NCBI GenBank assembly: GCA_937899865.1
Contig: CALBRH010000045.1
Span: 1 to 32,953 of the forward strand
Length of the DNA: 32,953 nucleotides
Source: an uncultured euryarchaeote
GTDB lineage: Archaea; Thermoplasmatota; Poseidoniia; Poseidoniales; Poseidoniaceae
Direction: 5' to 3'
The notes beneath the pieces were generated by a model that was not told where the DNA came from, made no database searches, and was given only the letters and a program-made list of their open reading frames with translations. Below are positions 26,875 to 32,953 of the stretch, piece after piece. The translations under genes and the position numbers were made by a program. Positions within the stretch are counted from its first letter, which is position 1. Each line of letters starts with the position of its first letter.

Positions 26875-27909
26875 ATGGCAGAACCAAAAGACAGGTATTT
26901 TCTGATTGAATACTTGGTAATAGCGGCAGTAATTTTTACTGCCACATCATTGTATTTTGAAGAATCCGCCCAAGAATCAAATGATTTGGAATTGATTTCA
27001 TTAACTGGCACAATCGAATTATCGACTAGAGATTCAATGGATACTTTTGGGTTGCAGAATTTCAAAACCGGAGCAATAGCCAATCTAAATCTTTCAGTAA
27101 ATTCAATTCAAGTGCCTGAATGCGCAACATGTACAACCACTACCTCAGGAAATATGTTACATGGGGAGATAATAATCACTGAATTATTTGACTTCGAAAA
27201 CCGACTTGGGAGAGTGGAAGGCAATCTAAATTTCACTCATTTACTGACTTTTTCGAGTTCACAATATGTTATTACTGAACAGGTTTACTTTCATTGGTCT
27301 GCTGGAGATATAGAATCCTCTTGGAAATTAACCTTAAATCACGACCCTCCACGATGGTTGCCTAAATATGACATAAACACCTTATTTGTCGAAACAGAAC
27401 TCGGCCTAGAATCAAGGGCTGGCCCAGAACTACTGATAAAAAGTCCAAGTACTAACCAAAGAATAATCCATGCTTGTTTACCGGATAGTTTCCTTTGTAA
27501 AAGTTCTTCACCAGACGCTTTGCTAATAGCGAATTATGGCCCAGTTCAAGAAGAAATACTCGTCTCAGATTCGATGGAATGGCACCTTCACAATCTAAGC
27601 AACTATTCACATGCAAATATTATGGACAGCTTTGCAGATGAACTCTTGCCGTTGGAAAATTCAATTCCCAACCAATATGGATTTACTCCATGGCCGGAGC
27701 CAGAATTAGTTAATGCTTCCACATATCTTATCGAAGACCAAGATACTAGAATTCTTCCACTTTCAATTTGGTTTAATTCAATTGATTTAACGCCTATACA
27801 AATCGATCTTTTTGGCCAAAGTGTAGTTTACATGAAAAACGAATCATATAGCGTTTACAATATTTTAAACTCCGATGGTAGTATGAAAGTTGGTTTAGTA
27901 ATTTATTGA
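26875..27909 (+). CDS. Hypothetical membrane-anchored protein, beta-rich; probable start ATG 26875
   Basis: AGGAGG SD at 26861-26866, an N-terminal TM (FLIEYLVIAAVIFTATSLYF) and CxxC (CATC). No family recognised. Confidence 0.75.
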   Translation: MAEPKDRYFLIEYLVIAAVIFTATSLYFEESAQESNDLELISLTGTIELSTRDSMDTFGLQNFKTGAIANLNLSVNSIQVPECATCTTTTSGNMLHGEIIITELFDFENRLGRVEGNLNFTHLLTFSSSQYVITEQVYFHWSAGDIESSWKLTLNHDPPRWLPKYDINTLFVETELGLESRAGPELLIKSPSTNQRIIHACLPDSFLCKSSSPDALLIANYGPVQEEILVSDSMEWHLHNLSNYSHANIMDSFADELLPLENSIPNQYGFTPWPEPELVNASTYLIEDQDTRILPLSIWFNSIDLTPIQIDLFGQSVVYMKNESYSVYNILNSDGSMKVGLVIY

Positions 27910-27931
27910 TAAGCAAGTATGGTGATGGTTA

Positions 27932-27959
27932 TTTATACGACTTGATTTTTAAATCAGTC
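27932..27959 (+). promoter_or_regulatory. TATA-like TTTATA followed by a dyad abutting the ATG of the giant surface protein
   Basis: TTTATA at 27932-27937 is 28 to 23 bp before ATG 27960, spacing consistent with a leaderless transcript. TGATTT-TT-AAATCA lies at 27943-27956. Confidence 0.5.
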
Positions 27960-30900
27960 ATGCGAAAAGCAGCAAATCTTCTGATTTTTTTAATGTTTAC
28001 ACTTTCATTGCAACCCATCATAGCCGACAGTGTTGCACCCAATGATGAAAATACTCAGACTGGGGAGATAATCAGTATAGATGCATTCATAACAACTAAA
28101 TTTACCAGTGTAGGCGATACAATAGAAATCTTTGCCAATACCAAAGGTCATTCTGGAACCCTTAGTAACCCTTCAACGATTGTAACTGCAGATATTCTAC
28201 ATTTCCCCGATAATGACCCACTTGGGATTATTGTCCAAGGCGAAACCCCACAAAATCCAGTGGTCATTGACACAGTTGTTATGCAACCACTGGAATACCA
28301 TGAAGATGACAATTCAATTATGATTTGGGAAGGGTCGTATACAGTGCCAATTAATTCATTGGGAGGAGTTTATGGCGCCAGTATAACAATGGAAGACAAT
28401 GGCAGATTTGCTACTGACAATCCAACACAAATTCCCGATAAATTGATTTCAGAGATTGAGCAATTACTGCAAACGATCGATGATACTTGGGATAATGCAA
28501 ATCCAACCATGGACATGAAAGCGGTATTTGACAATCTGGATTCTCATGGCGGTGGCGATTGGCCTGGTTTCGTCGATGATGCAACACGTGGGACTGGTTT
28601 AGGGGGCAGTGCCCAATTGTGGAATAATATGATTTCCGCAGGCTACAACAATCCTGCTTATGATATGAATGAAGGCGCTAAATTCCTTGAAGCTTTGATG
28701 GAATTCTTGGAATCGACAGACCTCGATGCGGGAATGGCGTTTCTTACCGGATTATTCGTGTATGGTAATGAATTTCCATTGCCTAGAAGTGTGAATGATT
28801 TTGACCAAGTTGCAGACTATATCTCGAGTTTCGATCCGATTGAAAACTTCACCCGATTTGCTGGAACCGAAGACTTTTCAGTTGCTTATGATGCGATGCT
28901 TGGTAGTAATGAGTGGCAAGCAGTAGAGCAAGCACTTGATAATTTAGCAAATAATACGATGATTTTCGAATCCTTCCAAACGCTGTTACATAATGTTGCT
29001 TTGTTGTCAGTTTCTACGCATCCTGATGCTTTGATTGCGGGTTTTGAGGCATGGGTTGAGCCTTTGGCAAATGGTGATTATGATAGTATGACGCCATTCC
29101 AAAAACTTGTAGTCAGTTGGTCGGAAATGGATGTTACTATCCAAGACTTAGATGGTGATGATTTCCCTGATAGTATAGTATGGGAATATGAATTATTGCT
29201 AAACACAACAGAAGGCCTGCAATGGCAAGCAAAAATGGAGACTGATTACCAATACATTGCAGATGGCTTTGAAGACTTCAATGAGTTTGACATTGAACTT
29301 TTGACTATTCTACGAGATACGATTGAGGATCCACTTTGGGAGAATGCTGGTGAAGCATTGCAAGATTTTGGCGAGTGGGCAGCTAACGCTACAGTATCCC
29401 GTGATTTGGAATGGGAATATGATTGGGAGTCAGAAGAGGAAGATGATTCGGCTGAAGGAGACGACAGTGGCGGCGACGGTGGTGGCGGAGATGATGGCGA
29501 TTCAGATAGGCACCAATACGTGATATTTGACGACCTAAATACGCTTCAAACATTTGAACTTAACAAGTACATCCTTGATATCGGATTTGAATTAAGACTC
29601 CATGGATTGTGGGATCAGAATACCGACTATCCTGACGATTTTAATATCACTGTAACCGATTCAGATGGCGATATTTCTAATGTTTTATTAGTTCGCAACC
29701 CGAATGATTGGCAAGCATACTTTGGCCGATTTACTGCAGATGATATAGGAGTTGACACTTACACGTTTAGCCAACCATTGGAGACATTCCGCCCGCCTTG
29801 TGTTGACGATGGTTGTACATTAGAGCGCGCTGAACTTAGAATCGAAACTCTACAACCCAGCCTCATCGAATCAATGCCTCTCGAAGTCATGGATGAAATA
29901 TTCATGGTTTCTGCAGTAGGAGTGATTGTTGACCAAGATGAAACGGTCTTGATTGACCAGCCATATGAAGTAGAATCAACGACTTATGACGCAGTCGATG
30001 GAGCGTTATTTGGAGCCAATGTTGATACTGCCGTACTTAGATTATCTCCTGGCTTAGGGGCTTCTGCAATCTCCACACTATCAGCAGAAGGAGGTTTAAC
30101 AATCACTAGTTCTGAACCTTCAACATTGGTCGCTGATTATGATGCCAGCGATGCAATCGATGTTCTATCAGTAATAGTTGAACCGCGCTCGGAAGATTCT
30201 GAAGGCCGCGACTTGTCAGATGACCAAGCATCATTTTCAGGCAATATTGACTATTCCGGAGATAGTACAACTGGCTGGGATCTATCATCAACATTAGGAG
30301 GACAGTACTCACAATCAGACCGTGGAGTAGCAGTAATAACGACCAATGGCGAAAACGCAGAAGGCCTACAATTTAGTTTCATCAATGAAATGCCATTGCC
30401 AAGTACGCCTCCTTGCACAATTAGTAGAGGTGAAGAGCGCGGATGGGTTGCTAATGAAATCCATCTAAATATGGTATACCAAGATTATTATTATGAGACA
30501 GACCAAGGTAGATATTATTTTGATCCTACCGAAGCAACCTCGATATCCATAGATTGGGGCGATGGGCAAACTACGGAAGTAACCCCTGATCCTTCTGCAA
30601 TTTCAGGAATGGAAGGCCGATATGAAGTGGAAGAAACTCATACTTATGCCGCATCACCTTCCGGGCAAGAATCCTACAACATTGTAATCGATCATGAATT
30701 TGAACATGGAACTCATTACTATCATAGCGCAGTTTGGAAAGAAAATCACGGGTTTGAACATTATGATGATGACGGCAATGCCCACTACGATAGTTCGTTC
30801 CAGTCTAATGAGGAAGGGTCTTACTGTAGATTGTCGGAACCTGAAACATCAGCATTACCTAGTCCACCAATTATCAACGAATTCATTACCAATGGTCCGT

Positions 30901-32953
30901 TTGAAGTTATGACCCAACAGCTAGGCACTTCTGATGCAGATGGTAAAACATCCCTAACAATTACTCCACCTCATGCCGGCGCGTATGTTTCAATTGTCCA
31001 ATCAGAAATTATTCGAGCAGTAGATGGAGAAACATTGACAGGAATAGGTCTTAATTTCGGTATTGCTACCCAGGGGAGCATTGGGGTAGCCAACTTAGAT
31101 ATCATCGACCACTTCTCTGGATTGCCAGTTTATGCAGCCAATACAAGCCAATCAACCCAATCAGTAATTATTGAAGCAAGTGGTATTTCTGACACTCATC
31201 ATAAAGCAATTATTGGGCATATTCCACTAGATCTTTCAATTGCATTTGATGATGTAGATTGGTCTGCAGAACCGAGCATACAAGATGTTATTTTTAATCC
31301 AGGCGAAACCAGTCGTAGTATTGAACTTACACACGGAGCTCCATTGTCGCTAATTGGAATCTTTACAACAGAATCTGATTCAAATGGTGAAAGTTCCATT
31401 GATCAAACATTAACTCCACTAGCAGTTCACTTTGGTTTAATTCTACACAATCCCAATGAGTTATCTATTACAGGAGCACTAGGGCCTGGGCAAACCACCA
31501 ACATCGCGCTATCAGAAACCATCGACCAAGCTACTCGAATATTGGCAGTAGCGTCACCAAGTCATGGCTTTGACCCAGCGACAGTCGATTTCTCAACAAT
31601 TACTGAATTAATTTCAAATGAAGGATTGAGACCAGCAACAGATTGGGCCGGCGTAGAAGGTGAAATAACTTCGATTTGCGAAGAAATTGATGTAGGGGGG
31701 GAGCATTCATGGAATTGGGAGTCAGAGACTCATGAGCCGATGCTTTACATTAGTGTAAGACATGAATCGGACGCTATCCGATATGGCAATTATGATAGTT
31801 ATAGTATGATGCTGACAAATCATGCTTTAGTCCACGAAGAGACTGGTGTTAGTTACGACCACTTGCCAATTGCTGACTATGAACTCGCTGAAACAGTCCA
31901 TCTTACTTATCCTACATCTGATATGCCTGAAGGGAAATATTTGTTCACTACTGGTACAGCATTAGGCTCTTCAGTAGAAATACAGCTAAATGATAGATAT
32001 GGCCCAGATATCGGTGAAGAAAACCATCAAGAAGAATGTGAAAACAATTTAGATTTAACAGACGAAGAGAGTTTCGATATCTTCGACAAATATGTGACAA
32101 GATTCAGTACCATTGCATGGGGTCAAGGATCTAGTGCAGATTTACAACTCCCATATCTTTCATCACCAGTATCTGAATATACTGTTATTGCCGTTGCACA
32201 ACAAGGTAGCGGTAATTCAGCAACTCTAGTATCGGCAGTTAGTACTACATTATCGGAACCTAATCCAGAACCACCAACTATGGAAAACCTCACTGCCGTA
32301 TTTACTCCTTCAAATCCACTTCCAGGAGACATTGTTCTTCTGACTGTTACAGATGAATCGAATGAGCCAGTTGAAGGGCTTTCAATAACAGTAGTTAGAG
32401 GCGAAGAGACACTAACCAGTCTCTTATCAAATGAGAATGGACAAAACTCCTTCCCGATTCCAGAGGGCGAGATTACCATTCGAATTTCTGGTGGCCAGTA
32501 TTATCCAATCGAATTAAACATATCAGTAACCGCTGAAGGTATAGATGATGGCGGCGGCCTTCCTGGTGATAGAGATGGCGACGGCTATGGAGATTTACTA
32601 GACGCTTTTCCGAATGACCCCAATGAATGGTTAGATACCGATCAAGACAACATTGGCAATAATGCTGATTTAGATGACGATGCTGATGGAGTGTTAGATG
32701 ATGATGAAATAATCTCCAATCCTCAAACCAATCCATTGAAACCAGACACTGATAATGATGGGTATTGTGATGGCAGTATCAACGTATTAGGATTCTGTGT
32801 TGGCGGCGATGTCTTCCCCATCGACTCTTCAGAGTGGGCTGATTCAGATGGTGATGGTGTTGGCGATAATAGTGACCAATGCCCAAACACTCTTGCTGAA
32901 GAAACTGTAAACCAAGCCGGTTGTTCAGATGCGCAATTGAATCCAGATGTTGA
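27960..32953 (+). CDS. Very large acidic secreted/surface protein (at least 1664 aa, open at right edge) with PKD-like motif and TSP3 repeats
   Basis: Translated by hand from ATG 27960 (MRKAANLLIFLMFTLSLQPIIA signal peptide). I found no in-frame stop up to 32953. DWGDG at 30552-30566; Ca-binding DxDxDG repeats at the end. Confidence 0.9.
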   Translation, partial: MRKAANLLIFLMFTLSLQPIIADSVAPNDENTQTGEIISIDAFITTKFTSVGDTIEIFANTKGHSGTLSNPSTIVTADILHFPDNDPLGIIVQGETPQNPVVIDTVVMQPLEYHEDDNSIMIWEGSYTVPINSLGGVYGASITMEDNGRFATDNPTQIPDKLISEIEQLLQTIDDTWDNANPTMDMKAVFDNLDSHGGGDWPGFVDDATRGTGLGGSAQLWNNMISAGYNNPAYDMNEGAKFLEALMEFLESTDLDAGMAFLTGLFVYGNEFPLPRSVNDFDQVADYISSFDPIENFTRFAGTEDFSVAYDAMLGSNEWQAVEQALDNLANNTMIFESFQTLLHNVALLSVSTHPDALIAGFEAWVEPLANGDYDSMTPFQKLVVSWSEMDVTIQDLDGDDFPDSIVWEYELLLNTTEGLQWQAKMETDYQYIADGFEDFNEFDIELLTILRDTIEDPLWENAGEALQDFGEWAANATVSRDLEWEYDWESEEEDDSAEGDDSGGDGGGGDDGDSDRHQYVIFDDLNTLQTFELNKYILDIGFELRLHGLWDQNTDYPDDFNITVTDSDGDISNVLLVRNPNDWQAYFGRFTADDIGVDTYTFSQPLETFRPPCVDDGCTLERAELRIETLQPSLIESMPLEVMDEIFMVSAVGVIVDQDETVLIDQPYEVESTTYDAVDGALFGANVDTAVLRLSPGLGASAISTLSAEGGLTITSSEPSTLVADYDASDAIDVLSVIVEPRSEDSEGRDLSDDQASFSGNIDYSGDSTTGWDLSSTLGGQYSQSDRGVAVITTNGENAEGLQFSFINEMPLPSTPPCTISRGEERGWVANEIHLNMVYQDYYYETDQGRYYFDPTEATSISIDWGDGQTTEVTPDPSAISGMEGRYEVEETHTYAASPSGQESYNIVIDHEFEHGTHYYHSAVWKENHGFEHYDDDGNAHYDSSFQSNEEGSYCRLSEPETSALPSPPIINEFITNGPFEVMTQQLGTSDADGKTSLTITPPHAGAYVSIVQSEIIRAVDGETLTGIGLNFGIATQGSIGVANLDIIDHFSGLPVYAANTSQSTQSVIIEASGISDTHHKAIIGHIPLDLSIAFDDVDWSAEPSIQDVIFNPGETSRSIELTHGAPLSLIGIFTTESDSNGESSIDQTLTPLAVHFGLILHNPNELSITGALGPGQTTNIALSETIDQATRILAVASPSHGFDPATVDFSTITELISNEGLRPATDWAGVEGEITSICEEIDVGGEHSWNWESETHEPMLYISVRHESDAIRYGNYDSYSMMLTNHALVHEETGVSYDHLPIADYELAETVHLTYPTSDMPEGKYLFTTGTALGSSVEIQLNDRYGPDIGEENHQEECENNLDLTDEESFDIFDKYVTRFSTIAWGQGSSADLQLPYLSSPVSEYTVIAVAQQGSGNSATLVSAVSTTLSEPNPEPPTMENLTAVFTPSNPLPGDIVLLTVTDESNEPVEGLSITVVRGEETLTSLLSNENGQNSFPIPEGEITIRISGGQYYPIELNISVTAEGIDDGGGLPGDRDGDGYGDLLDAFPNDPNEWLDTDQDNIGNNADLDDDADGVLDDDEIISNPQTNPLKPDTDNDGYCDGSINVLGFCVGGDVFPIDSSEWADSDGDGVGDNSDQCPNTLAEETVNQAGCSDAQLNPDV
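29427..29507 (+). repeat. Low-complexity Asp/Glu/Gly linker within the giant protein
   Basis: ESEEEDDSAEGDDSGGDGGGGDDGDSD. Confidence 0.8.
32568..32888 (+). repeat. Thrombospondin type-3-like Ca-binding repeats
   Basis: DRDGDGYGD, DAFPNDPNEWLDTDQDNIGNNADLDDDADGVLD, DTDNDGYCD and DVFPIDSSEWADSDGDGVGDNSDQCPN. Confidence 0.88.

Noticed and set aside
727-32736. Numerous short ORF-track entries (e.g. 5418..5816+, 7735..8256-, 10088..10582+, 11339..11758+, 26718..27083-, 32123..32479-)
   Set aside because: They are antisense or alternate-frame shadows of well-supported genes, with no motifs and composition typical of reverse-strand codons.
32568-32888. Repetitive GAT/GAC-rich DNA as a CRISPR array or tandem DNA repeat
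   Set aside because: The repeats exist at the protein level (TSP3); there are no identical direct repeats with unique spacers.
32951-32953. TGA at the very end of the window as stop of the giant ORF
   Set aside because: It is out of frame; the in-frame reading ends GAT GTT GA, so the ORF is truncated by the window edge.
1-32953. tRNA, rRNA, integrase, transposase or defence-system genes
   Set aside because: No cloverleaf/T-loop signature or recombinase motifs were seen, and intergenic gaps are mostly under 130 bp. The NERD gene alone is not enough to call a defence system.

Overview
Gene-dense, roughly 40% GC (by eye) archaeal chromosome segment. It is most likely from Marine Group II (Ca. 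Poseidoniales, Thermoplasmatota). This is an inference from the group II chaperonin, archaeal/Gram-positive-type DnaK, Dph5, Trm5, a DUF6015-like protein and acidic TSP3-repeat surface proteins. Contents in order: (1) a minus-strand chaperone cluster, sHSP-like > dnaK > thermosome (runs off the left edge), preceded by a dyad with a TAAC-N5-GTTA core; (2) geranylgeranyl-reductase family > HAD-IIA > NERD > SemiSWEET; (3) an EamA transporter and a Cys/Met PLP lyase; (4) a 582-aa hypothetical protein, a PqqB-like MBL hydrolase, an SSS symporter with a fused soluble C-terminal domain, and dph5/trm5 head-to-head; (5) a 42-aa CxCG/CxxCG microprotein absent from the ORF track, a small HAD and an alpha/beta hydrolase; (6) secreted and proteolytic genes (LVIVD-like, degenerate cupredoxin-like, M17, M14); (7) a DUF6015-like protein divergent from a compact agmatinase > SpeD-fold decarboxylase > bacterial-type DHS operon with no spermidine synthase, a candidate arginine-to-homospermidine pathway; (8) a membrane-anchored hypothetical protein and a secreted protein of at least 1664 aa that runs off the right edge. 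I saw no rRNA, tRNA, CRISPR array or mobile element. All family assignments come from reading motifs by eye; no searches were run.
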